In this document: positions 17,380 to 28,819 of the stretch, piece by piece
Layout of the letters: each line of letters begins with the position of its first letter
How positions within the stretch are numbered: position 1 is the stretch's first letter
Assembly (NCBI GenBank): GCA_965237905.1
Contig: OZ250172.1
Coordinates: 256,001 to 320,000 of the forward strand
Length of the DNA: 64,000 bases
Reading direction: 5' to 3'
Source of the DNA: Nitrospinaceae bacterium
Lineage (GTDB): Bacteria; Nitrospinota; Nitrospinia; Nitrospinales; Nitrospinaceae
Program-made: the position numbers and the translations under genes
The notes under the pieces: generated by a model
Told to the model about the DNA's origin: nothing
Seen by the model: only the letters and a program-made list of their open reading frames with translations
Database searches by the model: none

Positions 17380-18288
17380 TTAAACCACACCGAAAGGCAC
17401 CGGCACAAAGGTGAGGATTAATATCAGTAAAGATGCATATCCTATGATGCGATGTTTCGGTTCCAATGGTATTGATTCATCCAAAACCGGCGGGTGCCTC
17501 AAACCCAAAATAAAAACCAGACCCGCCCACACCCACCATCCCACCCAATAAAATCCGAGAGCAATCAAAGCAACAAAAAATAACCGCGCCGCCAGTAGTG
17601 CATGTTTGCGGTTGAATAGTGAATAGACCACATGCCCGCCGTCCAACTGACCCAACGGCAACAGGTTCAACGCCGTAAAAAACATCCCCAGCCAACCGGC
17701 AAAAGCCAGGGGATGCAACATGACGGTCTGCTCTATGGCAAAGGGATTGATCCCCAAAACCATCTTGACCATCCCCAAAAATATCAGTGAATCTCCCAAT
17801 TGGATGGAATTCATCGGGTTCACATTCTGCATAGGCGTTATATCTGAGTTCAACAAACCGATCAGCAGGACGGGAACAGCCACGACAAATCCCGCGATGG
17901 GACCGGAAGCACCGATCTCCATCAACGCTTTGCGGTTGGGGATGGGCTCTTTGATCATAATGAACGCCCCCATCGTTCCAATATTCAGAAAAAATGGTAT
18001 CGGGGGAACGGGAATAAAATTTGGCAGGGTGGAGTTCACATTATTCATCCGGCAGGCCCAGTAATGGCCGAATTCATGGGTCCCCAGAATAAGCATCAGG
18101 CCGAACGAAAACCAAGCTCCCTGCACCAGCCAGGTGGTAAAAACAGTGGCCAAGAAAAGACCCAGAAAAATGGAAACGGTTTTGAAGTTGATCGGAAAGC
18201 GCGGACCGGAAAAGGCAGGATAGGCTGGGTAATTAGGCCTGACGGGTTCCTGTTCGGGTTCCGGCCGGTTTTGTGATTCCATATCCAT
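17380..18288 (-). CDS. Site-2 protease family (peptidase M50) membrane protein
   Basis: HEFGH, ASGPIAG, LNLLPLGQLDGGH; multiple TM segments. Confidence 0.92.
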   Translation of the reverse strand: MDMESQNRPEPEQEPVRPNYPAYPAFSGPRFPINFKTVSIFLGLFLATVFTTWLVQGAWFSFGLMLILGTHEFGHYWACRMNNVNSTLPNFIPVPPIPFFLNIGTMGAFIMIKEPIPNRKALMEIGASGPIAGFVVAVPVLLIGLLNSDITPMQNVNPMNSIQLGDSLIFLGMVKMVLGINPFAIEQTVMLHPLAFAGWLGMFFTALNLLPLGQLDGGHVVYSLFNRKHALLAARLFFVALIALGFYWVGWWVWAGLVFILGLRHPPVLDESIPLEPKHRIIGYASLLILILTFVPVPFGVV

Positions 18289-18348
18289 AAATCAGACCAA
18301 CCCCGACAGCCGCATCATCTTCTTGGACTTCATTGCTGAATCCGCGAC

Positions 18349-19662
18349 TCAACTCTTGTTTAGCGGCTTGTGTGTGAAGGATTTCCCATTTTTCCCCGAA
18401 TAATCCGCCACAATCTGGCCGTTGCCTACCAGCTTGTATTTGTAAATGACGAGCCCTTCCAACCCCACCGGTCCACGGGCATGGGTTTTATTGGTACTGA
18501 TGCCGATTTCCGCCCCCAGGCCGAACCGGAAGCCGTCCGCAAACCGGGTGGAGGCGTTCACCATCACGCTGGCCGAATCCACTTCGTTCAAAAACCGTTC
18601 GGCCCGCTCCTTATTTTCGGTAACGATGGTATCCGTGTGGCCAGAGCCGTGCGCATTGATATGGTCGATGGCTTCCGATAGATCATCGACAACTTTGATG
18701 GACAGTTTGAGATCATTGTATTCCGTATCCCAGTCGCTCTCTTCCACCCGTTTCAGGTCGGGAATCAGACTGCACGACTTCAGGCAGCCCACCAGCTCCA
18801 CCTCCTGCTCGCGGAATTGTTTCACAAGAGCGGGTAATACCTGCGGGGCGATGGCCTGATGCACCAGGAGCGTTTCCATCGCGTTACAGGCGGCGGCGTA
18901 CTGGAGCTTGGCGTCGAAGGCCACCCGAATGGCCTTTTCAACATCCGCCTCCTCATCAATATAGACGTGGCACAATCCTTCCGAATGTCCCAATACTGGA
19001 ATTTTGGTGTTGTCCTGAACATAGCGGACAAACTGATTGCTTCCGCGCGGGACAATAAGATTAATATACTGGTCCTGCTTCAGCATCTCGGCGACTTCCG
19101 CCCGGGTTTTGATCAATTGCACCGCCGCGACCGGCACGCCCTCCTCTTCGGACAAAGCTTTTTGAATGAGGTTCACAATCACCCGGTTGGAATTTTGCGC
19201 TTCGGCCCCTCCCTTCAGAATGACTGCGTTGCCCGATTTAAAGCATAGGGCGGAAATCTGGGGAACGGCATCGGGCCGGGATTCAAATATGGCGCCGATC
19301 ACTCCAATAGGACAGGAAACGCGGGTCAATTCCAATCCCTCGTCCAACTCCATCGCCTCCTGTTGTTGTCCCACGGGATCGGACAGTTCGGAGACACTGC
19401 GGATGCCCTGGGCCATTCCCAGGACTTTGGTTTCATCCACCGCCAGCCGGGCTACGAGCGGATCGGGGATCTTTTCTTTTTTGGCAAACTCCAAGTCCTG
19501 ACGGTTGGCCTCGAGAATCTCGTCGCAATGGTTTTCGATCTGTGTCGCCATTCCCTGCAACACCCGGTTTTTGGTTTCCGTATCCAACCGGGAAAGAACC
19601 AGGGCCGCAGTCTTGGCGTCTGAGGCTATTTCGGATAGGTTTTTTTCGGTCAGGTTAGTCAC
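18349..19662 (-). CDS. proA: Gamma-glutamyl phosphate reductase
   Basis: IFESRP, LKGG, ACNAMETLL, NASTRFADG, HARGPVGL; GTG start. Confidence 0.96.
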   Translation of the reverse strand: MTNLTEKNLSEIASDAKTAALVLSRLDTETKNRVLQGMATQIENHCDEILEANRQDLEFAKKEKIPDPLVARLAVDETKVLGMAQGIRSVSELSDPVGQQQEAMELDEGLELTRVSCPIGVIGAIFESRPDAVPQISALCFKSGNAVILKGGAEAQNSNRVIVNLIQKALSEEEGVPVAAVQLIKTRAEVAEMLKQDQYINLIVPRGSNQFVRYVQDNTKIPVLGHSEGLCHVYIDEEADVEKAIRVAFDAKLQYAAACNAMETLLVHQAIAPQVLPALVKQFREQEVELVGCLKSCSLIPDLKRVEESDWDTEYNDLKLSIKVVDDLSEAIDHINAHGSGHTDTIVTENKERAERFLNEVDSASVMVNASTRFADGFRFGLGAEIGISTNKTHARGPVGLEGLVIYKYKLVGNGQIVADYSGKNGKSFTHKPLNKS

Positions 19663-20623
19663 TGGCGGCTGAGGGATAAAGTGGATTTTTGATTTGTTTC
19701 AATTTCTTTTTGAGGGATGCCACCCCTTTTTCCCCGATCTCGTTTCCCCACATTCTAAGAAACTGAAGGCTGGCCAACACTTTGGAGCCGGCTAAATACA
19801 TGGCCCCCTGGGTGGTAATGCCGTTCCACTGCAAATCAAGCTCAACCAGGTTTTTAAAAACCGGAGACTCGGTCATGGAAAGCATCCCTTGGTCCCCCAA
19901 TTTGTTATTTTTGAGCAATAGGGTCTTGAGATTTGTCAGCGTCTTGGATTCGGCGATGCTCTGGATGCCATCCGGACCAATTTTGTTTTCCCCCAAATCT
20001 AAAATTTCAATATGCGTTAAATATTTGGATTGGCATAATATCTTAAGCCCCCTGTCGCTGATTCCGTTTTTCGCCAGTCTTAACTCTTTGACGCTGCCGA
20101 TAACTTCCGACTGAGCCAAAGCCTTGAGGCCCTCGTCCCCGATCTGGTTTCCAGTGAGATCCAACGAAACCAGTTTCATTACCGTTTTGGACTCGGCGAT
20201 GGCTTCGGCCCCCTTGGGTCCAATTTTGTTCCCGAACAAACTGATCGTGGATAATTTGGGATATGCCTTGGACCCGAACAGAGCTTTCACGCCATCGTCC
20301 TCAATCTGATTATTGAATAGATTGAGGACCTTCAGATTCTTTAAATATTTAGACTGGGCAAGCGCTTCGGCACCATCGTCACCGATATTGTGGGTATTCA
20401 GGTCAAGGGTTTCTACCTTTTCAAGAAGTTTCGATTCGGCCAATTGCTTGATACCTGCGTCATACAGCATTCCGCTGTGATTCAGCTTCAGATATTTGCC
20501 ATCCTTCTTCAGATCCTTAAGGACGAGCACATTGATATCCAGGGCAAAAGCAGTCCCAGCCAGAAGCAAAATCATCGCTCCCAGCCAGTTCATCCCTATT
20601 ATTTTTATCCGATTTTTTTTCAT
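19655..20623 (-). CDS. Secreted leucine-rich repeat protein (28-aa RI-like repeats)
   Basis: Signal peptide (AFA-LD); about 9 repeats of L..L.L..N.IgdeG..aLa.S. Confidence 0.88.
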   Translation of the reverse strand: MKKNRIKIIGMNWLGAMILLLAGTAFALDINVLVLKDLKKDGKYLKLNHSGMLYDAGIKQLAESKLLEKVETLDLNTHNIGDDGAEALAQSKYLKNLKVLNLFNNQIEDDGVKALFGSKAYPKLSTISLFGNKIGPKGAEAIAESKTVMKLVSLDLTGNQIGDEGLKALAQSEVIGSVKELRLAKNGISDRGLKILCQSKYLTHIEILDLGENKIGPDGIQSIAESKTLTNLKTLLLKNNKLGDQGMLSMTESPVFKNLVELDLQWNGITTQGAMYLAGSKVLASLQFLRMWGNEIGEKGVASLKKKLKQIKNPLYPSAASD

Positions 20624-22770
20624 GGGAAATTATGCACCGTTATACGAACTTCCAAACCATCCTGCAACCAGCCGATATTGCTGTTTCCGGCAACCGTCGA
20701 AATGATCCCCTGAGGATCGATTTTCCGGATTCGGTTGTTATCCCGGTCTGAAAAGTAAAGATTCCCCTCTTTATCGAAAGCCATGCGGTAGGGGCTTTTC
20801 AATTGCGCCTGGATTGCAAGGCCGCCATCACCACCATAACCGGCAAAGCCTGTCCCCGCCACATGGATGATATTTCCTTCCTTATTTATTTTGCGGATGC
20901 GGTGACTGGTTTCTTCCGCGATATACAATTCTTCATCAGGGCTGAAGGTGAGTCCTCCCGGAGATCGAATTCCCGCCTGAATCGCCGGTCCGCCATCGCC
21001 GGAATCCCTGAATTCCCCCGTCCCGGCAAAAGTCGTCACATTCTCGTCCTGGTCAATTTTTCTGATTTTACTACTTCCCGAGTCGGAAATAAATATTTCT
21101 CCACTTTTATTAATGGCAATTCCATTGGGATGAATTTCTTCATCCACAATTTTCACCCAAGTGTCCGACGCCAGAGTGGACACAACCCCCTGAGTGTCCA
21201 CCTTACGGACTTTCCGGTTGGTCAGGTCCGCCAGGTAGACATTACCCTGACGATCCACCGCTATGTCCTGAATCACTCCAAACGATGCCTGGACCGCCGG
21301 ACCGCCGTCTCCTTTATCTCCCAACACCCCATTTCCGGCAAACCGGGTTATTCTGCCTTGAGGATCAATCTTTCGGACAAATTTGCTGCTTCCCTGCGGA
21401 GAAACGAAGTAAATATTGTCTTTTGGGCCCACGGCCATGGATCCCGGCAGGTAAAGAGAAGCCTCAGAAACCGGCCCGCCGTCCCCCTCATTGCCCTGAT
21501 GACCGGACCCTGCAAGGGTGTAAATAAAACCTTTGCGGTCGATGAAACGCAGACGGTTATTCATTTTATCGGAAAAAAGGACATTGCCTTTGCTGTCCAC
21601 CCCGATTCCAGAGGGAAATTCCAGGGTAGCGCCCGCCCCCGGTCCCCCGTCGCCCCGAAACCAGGAGTTTCCGTTACCCGCAAGGGTTGTAATGGAGTGG
21701 GATTTCAAATCCATACTTCTGACCCGGAAATGATTGCGGTCCACGATAATCAATTTCCCATCGGGACTCAACGCCAGCGCGAAGGGCAAATGAAGGGTCG
21801 TTTCAGAAGCAATTTCATTATCCCCGTTATATTCATACTTGCCGATTCCCATAACGGTAGTCATGATACCCAACGAATCCACCTTACGAATGCGGTTATT
21901 ATTCCGGTCCGCAATGTAGAGGTTGCCTCGGTCATCGACGACCACATCGGTGGGATAGGCCAGACTGGCCCGCGTGGCCGGACCGTAATCACCGGCGAAA
22001 AAATGGGTGCCGTCACCGGCAACAGTCGTGATGATCCCCTGGGTATCCACCTTGCGAATACGATTATTGCCCCGGTCGGCAATGTACAGATTACCCTTAT
22101 TATCCAGATCAATCCCAAACGGATATTTCAGAAAGGCATCCGTGGCCGGGCCAAAATCCCCGCCAAACTCGGGGAGTCCTAATCCAACTACCGTGGATAT
22201 CATCCCCTTGGAATTCACTTTTCGAATACGATTATTGGACCGGTCGGAAATATACAGATTGCCCTTGCCATCACACACCAAGTCGGATGGGTAATTCAAA
22301 TGGGCTTCCACGGCCGGGCCGCCATCGCCTCCCATATCGGGAGCACCCTTCCCGACCACGGTGGTCACGATCCCCGATGTGTCTATCCGGCGAATGCGAT
22401 GGTTATTACGGTCTGCCACATATAAATTCCCGGTTCGATCCAGACACAACCCTGCAGGAAAATTAAAAGAAGCTTTCAAAGCCGGGCCGTTATCTCCGCT
22501 GAACCCCGCCGTTCCATTACCCGCAATGGTGGTGATGATGCCGTCCTTACCCACCTTGCGTATCCGGTTCTTGGATCGATGCGATATAAATAAATTGCCC
22601 TCCGAGTCGACAGCTATCCCATCGACCAAGGTCAAAATCACCTCCATCGCTTTTTTACCGTCGCCGATGTCCTTGTAAGGATAAGGACCCGGATCCGCGC
22701 TTACGCCCGCCCCAGACAACAGTACGGCAAAGAACCAGGCGATTGGAACTATCTTTTTTATTATTTCCAT
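20620..22770 (-). CDS. Secreted NHL-repeat protein (12 blades)
   Basis: Signal peptide; 12 repeats of ~56 aa, GDgGPA...l..P.gi.vD..GnlYiaDr.NnRiRK. Confidence 0.9.
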   Translation of the reverse strand: MEIIKKIVPIAWFFAVLLSGAGVSADPGPYPYKDIGDGKKAMEVILTLVDGIAVDSEGNLFISHRSKNRIRKVGKDGIITTIAGNGTAGFSGDNGPALKASFNFPAGLCLDRTGNLYVADRNNHRIRRIDTSGIVTTVVGKGAPDMGGDGGPAVEAHLNYPSDLVCDGKGNLYISDRSNNRIRKVNSKGMISTVVGLGLPEFGGDFGPATDAFLKYPFGIDLDNKGNLYIADRGNNRIRKVDTQGIITTVAGDGTHFFAGDYGPATRASLAYPTDVVVDDRGNLYIADRNNNRIRKVDSLGIMTTVMGIGKYEYNGDNEIASETTLHLPFALALSPDGKLIIVDRNHFRVRSMDLKSHSITTLAGNGNSWFRGDGGPGAGATLEFPSGIGVDSKGNVLFSDKMNNRLRFIDRKGFIYTLAGSGHQGNEGDGGPVSEASLYLPGSMAVGPKDNIYFVSPQGSSKFVRKIDPQGRITRFAGNGVLGDKGDGGPAVQASFGVIQDIAVDRQGNVYLADLTNRKVRKVDTQGVVSTLASDTWVKIVDEEIHPNGIAINKSGEIFISDSGSSKIRKIDQDENVTTFAGTGEFRDSGDGGPAIQAGIRSPGGLTFSPDEELYIAEETSHRIRKINKEGNIIHVAGTGFAGYGGDGGLAIQAQLKSPYRMAFDKEGNLYFSDRDNNRIRKIDPQGIISTVAGNSNIGWLQDGLEVRITVHNFP

Positions 22771-22822
22771 TAATCTATTACTTTTAAATATTTATATATA
22801 TTTTATTAAAGTAATACTTCAT

Positions 22823-23611
22823 CTATCGAATAACAATCTGAACCCGCTGATCCTTGTTATATTTGAACATGGCTTTCAGGGTTTTCTCGCCCAAAGTGTT
22901 CTGGATCATGTCCAGCAAAGCCAGTTTTGGAAAGTTCTTCGATTGGACCAACGCCACCGCGCCCTCATCGGTAATGGTATTTTGCCCGACATACAGCTGA
23001 GTGAGGTTGGGGAAGTTGGGCGATCCGGCCAGGCTCCTTGCCCCTTCATCCCCCATTTCGTTTCTGAACAGACTCAGGGTTTCCAATGCGGGAAATGCCT
23101 TGGATTGCGCCAGGTAACCGGCCGCCTCCGGAGTGATGAGGTTATCGTTCAGCAACAGGGTTCTCAGATGAACAAAATGATCCGATTCGGCCATCAGGGC
23201 GATACCGTCTTCGCCGATCTCATTCTTCCAGAGTTTTAACGTTTCCAGGTTTTTCAGGTAGGGCGATTCCACCAGAGCCTGCATACCCAGGTCTCCCAGG
23301 AAGTTTCCCCATAAGTCCAGATGCTTCAATTGGGCAAGATGAGGCGATTGAGCCAAAGCCTCCATCCCTTCCTTTTTGATCCGGTTGCCTTCCAGAAGCA
23401 GGGTGGTTACTCCCTTCAGGGCTTCCATCCCGGCTAATTGCTTGGCACCCGCAGTCCTGATTTTCATCCGGGTTAAATCAAGGATTTTCCCGTCTTTGCT
23501 CAACCGGCTTTGCACCAGGCTTTCCATATCCAGTGCCAAAGCGGGTGCGCTCGGTAGCCCAATGAAAACCCAACTCGATAGTACCAGTGATTTTATGAGG
23601 AATCGCAGCAT
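22823..23611 (-). CDS. Secreted leucine-rich repeat protein (28-aa repeats)
   Basis: Signal peptide from ATG 23611 (MLRFLIK...ALA-LD); about 7 LRRs; N-cap similar to the 19655-20623 protein. Confidence 0.85.
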   Translation of the reverse strand: MLRFLIKSLVLSSWVFIGLPSAPALALDMESLVQSRLSKDGKILDLTRMKIRTAGAKQLAGMEALKGVTTLLLEGNRIKKEGMEALAQSPHLAQLKHLDLWGNFLGDLGMQALVESPYLKNLETLKLWKNEIGEDGIALMAESDHFVHLRTLLLNDNLITPEAAGYLAQSKAFPALETLSLFRNEMGDEGARSLAGSPNFPNLTQLYVGQNTITDEGAVALVQSKNFPKLALLDMIQNTLGEKTLKAMFKYNKDQRVQIVIR

Positions 23612-23671
23612 CCTGATTTCCTGTTCCTGCGAGGGGCCGACCGGAGACACGACCGGCGGATAAGAGTCGGG

Positions 23672-24355
23672 TTAGATTAACAAATATTTGAAGATCGTGT
23701 AGATAATTTTTGTGCCCGCTTTCAGGGTGCCGGAAACGGTTCCAGTGATCTTGGAAACACCGATCCGCATGCGGTAACGCACCGGAACCTCCCGGATGCG
23801 TAATCCCTTCTGCACCGCTTTGATCTGCATTTCCACCGTCCAGCCGAAATTCTTGTCCCGCATCCCGATGGCCTGCAACGATTCATAGCGAATCGCCCGA
23901 AACGGTCCGAGATCGGTGAATCGATGGCCAAAAAACAGCCGGATCAAAAATACCGCTAATTGATTACCGTAACGGGCCTGCGGCAGCAGGGCTTTTCGGC
24001 TCTCTTCGAGGATCATCCGGCTTCCCACAATGAAATCTGCTTCGCCTTTAAGAATCGGCTCCAATAGCAGATCAATTTCTTCGGGAAAGTCGCTGTAATC
24101 ACCGTCCAGAAATACGACGATATCGGGATGATCCAACGCATCCATCCCGGAAAGACAAGCCTGGCCATAACCCTGGCCCTTTTCATAGACCACTGTCGCC
24201 CCGTTTTCACGGGCCACCTCGGAGGTTCGGTCGGTGGAACGGTTGTCAACGACAATGACTTGGTGCAATCGGTCCCGGGGGAGATCGTTCAATACATGGG
24301 GAAGGGATTCTTCTTCGTTATAGGCGGGAATGATAACTGAAATTTTTGGGGACAT
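23672..24355 (-). CDS. Glycosyltransferase family 2
   Basis: ISVIIPAYNEE, VVDNRSTD, FLDGD, TDLGPFRAI. Confidence 0.9.
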   Translation of the reverse strand: MSPKISVIIPAYNEEESLPHVLNDLPRDRLHQVIVVDNRSTDRTSEVARENGATVVYEKGQGYGQACLSGMDALDHPDIVVFLDGDYSDFPEEIDLLLEPILKGEADFIVGSRMILEESRKALLPQARYGNQLAVFLIRLFFGHRFTDLGPFRAIRYESLQAIGMRDKNFGWTVEMQIKAVQKGLRIREVPVRYRMRIGVSKITGTVSGTLKAGTKIIYTIFKYLLI

Positions 24356-24364
24356 GGACCGCCC

Positions 24365-25168
24365 CTATTTGCTGTCCTGGAGCGACTGCTTCACGCTGCG
24401 GACAAATACCTTGAGCTTTTCCTTCCGCTCGGCGGGGTCCGGACATTCCTCGATCATGCGGACAATAGCGCTTCCGACAATCACCCCATCGGAACATTCC
24501 GACACGGCTTTGGCCTGCTCCGGCCCGGAAATCCCAAACCCGATCAAAACCGGCAACGCAGTCGCCTGCTTGATCCGGGTCACTTTTTCCTCCACCCCTT
24601 TAGCCAGAGAGTCCCGCGTTCCAGTGACCCCGGTCAGGGAAACGTAATAAATGAACCCGCGGCTCTTCGCGCCCACCATTTTGATCCGATCCGGCGTGCT
24701 GGTGGGAGCCAACAGATAAATCACGTCCAAGGCTTGCGCCTGGGCCAATGCGTCAAACTCCCCTGCCTCTTCCGGCGGCAGGTCGGGGATGATCACCCCG
24801 TCGACCCCTGCCTCGACCGCATCCTTCACAAACGCTTCCTGTCCGTACACAAACACCGGATTGAAACTGGTCATCAGAACAATAGGCAATTGGGAAGACT
24901 TACGAATATCACGCACCAGCTGGATAATTTTCTTCAAGTTGGTGCCACCTTTGAGAGATCGCTGGGAAGCCGCCTGGATCACCGGTCCGTCCGCCAGCGG
25001 ATCAGAAAACGGTACGCCCAGTTCAATAATGTCGGCGCCACCTTCCTCGATCACCGAGAACAGTTCTTGAGTCGTGGCGAGATCGGGATCGCCGGCGGTG
25101 ACAAATGCCACCAGGGCTTTCTCGTTTTTGGATTGCAACCAGTCGAATCGTTTCTGGATGCGGCTCAC
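24365..25168 (-). CDS. trpA: Tryptophan synthase alpha subunit
   Basis: [34 protein letters not shown]. Confidence 0.97.
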   Translation of the reverse strand: MSRIQKRFDWLQSKNEKALVAFVTAGDPDLATTQELFSVIEEGGADIIELGVPFSDPLADGPVIQAASQRSLKGGTNLKKIIQLVRDIRKSSQLPIVLMTSFNPVFVYGQEAFVKDAVEAGVDGVIIPDLPPEEAGEFDALAQAQALDVIYLLAPTSTPDRIKMVGAKSRGFIYYVSLTGVTGTRDSLAKGVEEKVTRIKQATALPVLIGFGISGPEQAKAVSECSDGVIVGSAIVRMIEECPDPAERKEKLKVFVRSVKQSLQDSK

Positions 25169-26364
25169 AACTCTTCTCCCAGAAAATCCGCCACCTGATT
25201 GACATCCTTGTCGCCCCGTCCGGACAGGCAGATGACGATGATCTCGCTCTTTTTCATTTTCGGTGCCACCTTCGCTACCTGAGCAATCGCGTGGGACGAT
25301 TCCAGCGCGGGAATGATGCCCTCGGTCCGCGACAATAATTTGAAACCTTCCAACGCTTCTTTATCGGTGATAGACGCATATTCCGCTCGCTTGCTGTCCT
25401 TGAAATGACTGTGCTCGGCTCCAACGCCGGGGTAATCCAGCCCGGCGGAGATGGAATGGGCTTCCGTAATCTGCCCGTCCGCATCGAACAGCAGATAACT
25501 TTTCATCCCGTGCAGGATGCCCACCGCCCCGTGCCCAAGCGACGCACCATGTTTGCCGGTCTCGATGCCATGTCCTGCCGCCTCAACCCCGATCATTTTG
25601 ACTTCTTTATCCTCCACGAAGGGGTAAAACAGACCCATGGAATTACTACCGCCGCCGACACAGGCCATCAGGGCGTCTGGCAGGCGTCCTTCCGCCTGCT
25701 GTATCTGTTCTTTCGTTTCGTCGCCGATGATTCTCTGGAAATCCCGCACGATCATGGGAAACGGATGCGGTCCCACGACCGAGCCGATGATGTAATGCGT
25801 ATCTTCCACCGTGGTGATCCAGTTACGGATGGCTTCGCTGGTGGCGTCCTTCAAGGTACGAGTACCGGAAGAAACCGGGATGACCCGTGCGCCGAGCAGT
25901 TTCATACGGAACACGTTGAGTGACTGACGGCGGATGTCTTCCTCACCCATAAAGACATCGCACTCCAGATCGAACAACGCCGCGGCTGTCGCCGTGGCGA
26001 CACCATGCTGACCGGCTCCGGTTTCGGCGATGACCCGCTTCTTGCCCATGCGTTGCGTCAGCAAGGCACTGCCGATGGTGTTGTTGATTTTATGCGCACC
26101 GGTGTGGTTCAAGTCCTCGCGCTTGAGATAGATTTTTGCGCCGCCCAACTTCCGCGTCAGGTTCTCGGCAAAATATAATGGAGATGGACGCCCGACATAA
26201 TGCTCCAGATAAAACTTGAGCTGTTTCTGGAATTCGGGATCGTTCCGCGCTTCGTTGTACAGCTTCTCCAATTCCTGAAGCGCGGGCATCAATGTTTCGA
26301 TGACGAACTTCCCGCCAAACTCTCCGAAATGGCCGTTTCGATCCGGCAATGTGGGTGTACTCAT
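25165..26364 (-). CDS. trpB: Tryptophan synthase beta subunit
   Basis: [37 protein letters not shown]. Confidence 0.98.
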   Translation of the reverse strand: MSTPTLPDRNGHFGEFGGKFVIETLMPALQELEKLYNEARNDPEFQKQLKFYLEHYVGRPSPLYFAENLTRKLGGAKIYLKREDLNHTGAHKINNTIGSALLTQRMGKKRVIAETGAGQHGVATATAAALFDLECDVFMGEEDIRRQSLNVFRMKLLGARVIPVSSGTRTLKDATSEAIRNWITTVEDTHYIIGSVVGPHPFPMIVRDFQRIIGDETKEQIQQAEGRLPDALMACVGGGSNSMGLFYPFVEDKEVKMIGVEAAGHGIETGKHGASLGHGAVGILHGMKSYLLFDADGQITEAHSISAGLDYPGVGAEHSHFKDSKRAEYASITDKEALEGFKLLSRTEGIIPALESSHAIAQVAKVAPKMKKSEIIVICLSGRGDKDVNQVADFLGEEL

Positions 26365-26377
26365 AACATTCCCCTTC

Positions 26378-27007
26378 TTAACCTCTGCGCACTGCTTTTA
26401 AAAATGCTTTCACTTTTTTGGGATCCTTTTTGCCGGGGGACTGCTCGACCCCCGAGCTGACATCCACGCCGTACGGTTGCACTTTTCGTATGGCCGCTTT
26501 CACGTTACGCGGATTCAACCCTCCGGCAATGATCACCGAACCGTATTTTTTAGCGCGGGCGGCCAGTTCCCAATCGAACACCTTCCCCGTGCCGCCCCAT
26601 TGATCCTCTTTATAGGTATCGAGCAAAAACCCGTCTACTGCATACCGGGACATTTCTTTCAACGATGCGGCATCCTTCACTCGCACCGCTTTGATCACGC
26701 GACACTTGATCTTTTTACAAAACGCAGGCGACTCGTCGCCATGCAGTTGCACCGCATCCAATCCGCAACGATCCACAATACGATTGATCTTATCGGCCGT
26801 CTCATTTACAAACACGCCCACCCGGTGGACAAAGGGTGGAAGTTTAGAACAAATTTCCTTCGCGGTTTTGGCCGTCACATAACGCGGGCTTTTCTTATAG
26901 AAAATGAACCCGATCGCATCGGCACCATATTCCACAGCCAGAAGCGCGTCTTTCAGGCGGGTGGTGCCGCAGACCTTGACCTTAACCGGCGGGTTGGATT
27001 TTGCCAT
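26378..27007 (-). CDS. trpF: Phosphoribosylanthranilate isomerase
   Basis: [29 protein letters not shown]. Confidence 0.96.
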   Translation of the reverse strand: MAKSNPPVKVKVCGTTRLKDALLAVEYGADAIGFIFYKKSPRYVTAKTAKEICSKLPPFVHRVGVFVNETADKINRIVDRCGLDAVQLHGDESPAFCKKIKCRVIKAVRVKDAASLKEMSRYAVDGFLLDTYKEDQWGGTGKVFDWELAARAKKYGSVIIAGGLNPRNVKAAIRKVQPYGVDVSSGVEQSPGKKDPKKVKAFLKAVRRG

Positions 27008-27794
27008 GTCCCGTAAACTCCTGAAGCTTATCGGAAATATTAGGCGCTTTCATCAGGCTTTCGCCGATGAGAAACGCGTGCATCCCCAGCCCTTCAAATT
27101 CCTCGATCTGCGCCCGCCTGTCAATCCCGCTTTCGCAGACGAGGAGCAGGTTATTCATACCTTTCGTTTCCTTGAGCAAGCGCCTTGAAATTTCCAGGTC
27201 GGTTTTGCCGCTGGTCAAATCCCGGTTATTGATCCCCAACAACTCGGCACCGGCATGAAACGCTTTCTCCATATCCTTCTCATCGTGCGCTTCCACGAGC
27301 GCCGTCAGGCCGATCTCTTTGCCCAACTCCAGAAGATCTTTCAACTGGTTCTTGTCCAGCGAAGTGGCGATCAGCAGAAAAAAATCGGCTCCGCAGGCCC
27401 GCGACTCATACACCTGGTATTCGTCAAAAATAAAATCCTTGCGCAACAGCGGAACCGATAAGGCCTTACTGGCCTGCTCGACGGTTTCCAGTTGGCCGCC
27501 AAAAAAACGGCTCTCGGTCAGAATGGAAATCGCCACAGCACCGCTATCCGCATAGGTCCGGGCGATTGACAGGGGATCGAACTGCTCCACCAGATCGCCC
27601 TTGAACGGCGTGCGCCGCTTGATCTCCGCGATAATTTTAGATCCTTCTCCGGAAACTTTCAACGCGTCCATAATGGGAATCACATCCCGCTGGTCGCCCA
27701 TTTTGGTTTTGACCTCGGCTAACGGAACCTCGCGCTGGGTGGTTCCCAGCTCCACCTTTTTGGCGGCGAATATTTTATCCAGAATATTAGCCAT
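26982..27794 (-). CDS. trpC: Indole-3-glycerol phosphate synthase
   Basis: IIAEIK, LRKDFI, GINNRDL, ESGI, LIGESLM; ATG 27794 (MANILDKI). Confidence 0.94.
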   Translation of the reverse strand: MANILDKIFAAKKVELGTTQREVPLAEVKTKMGDQRDVIPIMDALKVSGEGSKIIAEIKRRTPFKGDLVEQFDPLSIARTYADSGAVAISILTESRFFGGQLETVEQASKALSVPLLRKDFIFDEYQVYESRACGADFFLLIATSLDKNQLKDLLELGKEIGLTALVEAHDEKDMEKAFHAGAELLGINNRDLTSGKTDLEISRRLLKETKGMNNLLLVCESGIDRRAQIEEFEGLGMHAFLIGESLMKAPNISDKLQEFTGHGKIQPAG

Positions 27795-27805
27795 ACTCCC
27801 CTGCC

Positions 27806-28819
27806 CTATGAATGACTGAGGCGGCACAGGTCTTTCAACTTCTGCCGCGCTTCGCCGGAGCTTATGGATTTTTGAGCCACTGCCATCCCTTCTTTGAAAT
27901 CGGAGGCTTTGCCTGCCGCGACAATCGCCGCCGACGCGTTCAACAAAACGATATCGCGTTGGGGTCCGCCTTTTCCGTCCAGTAGTTCACGCAGGATGGT
28001 CGCATTGTCTTCCGCCGAGCCGCCCTTCAAATCCTGTTCCGAACAATACTCGAGTCCCAACTCCGTTGGATCTAGATAATAGTCTTTTATTTTTCCATCA
28101 TTTAACTCAGATATCTTAGTATTACACGTTAAGGTAATTTCATCGAGGCCGTCCTCGCCGTGCACTACAAATGCGTGAACGACACCGAGATTCTTAAGGA
28201 CGCTGGCCAGGGGCGACGTCCATTTGGAATCGAACACTCCCACCACCTGCGCCTGAACTCTGGCGGGATTGGTCAGCGGTCCCAGCAGATTAAAAACGGT
28301 TCTGAAGCCCAATTCCCGGCGGACATCTGCCGCGTGTTTCATGGCTTTATGCAGAGTCGGTGCGAACAGAAATCCGATGCCCGCCATTTCGACGCATCGT
28401 TCCACTACCGTTTTGTCCGCTTCGATATTGACCCCGAGGGACTTCAGTACATCGGCGCTTCCCGACCGGCTGGAGACCGCCCGGTTGCCATGCTTGGCCA
28501 CGGGAATCCCCGCCCCCGCCACCACAAACGCGGCGGTGGTGGAAATATTAAACGTATCGGCGCCATCGCCGCCGGTGCCGCAGGTATCGACGACTCCCTT
28601 GACGGGAATGTTCAACGGTTCCGCTTTTTCGCGCATGACCTGGGCCGCGCCGGAGATTTCCGCCACCGTCTCGCCTTTCATGCGGAGCGCGGTGAGAAAC
28701 GCACCCAGTAACGAACGGTCCACCTTGCCCTCCATGATCTGGGTCATGATGGACACCATTTCCTCTTCCGACAGGTCGTTGCCGTCGACCACCTTATGCA
28801 GGATGTCCTGAGCCTTCAT
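27806..28819 (-). CDS. trpD: Anthranilate phosphoribosyltransferase
   Basis: [31 protein letters not shown]. Confidence 0.97.
   Translation of the reverse strand: MKAQDILHKVVDGNDLSEEEMVSIMTQIMEGKVDRSLLGAFLTALRMKGETVAEISGAAQVMREKAEPLNIPVKGVVDTCGTGGDGADTFNISTTAAFVVAGAGIPVAKHGNRAVSSRSGSADVLKSLGVNIEADKTVVERCVEMAGIGFLFAPTLHKAMKHAADVRRELGFRTVFNLLGPLTNPARVQAQVVGVFDSKWTSPLASVLKNLGVVHAFVVHGEDGLDEITLTCNTKISELNDGKIKDYYLDPTELGLEYCSEQDLKGGSAEDNATILRELLDGKGGPQRDIVLLNASAAIVAAGKASDFKEGMAVAQKSISSGEARQKLKDLCRLSHS

Noticed and set aside
20803..22182. 459-aa plus-strand ORF
   Set aside because: Antisense shadow of the NHL-repeat gene.
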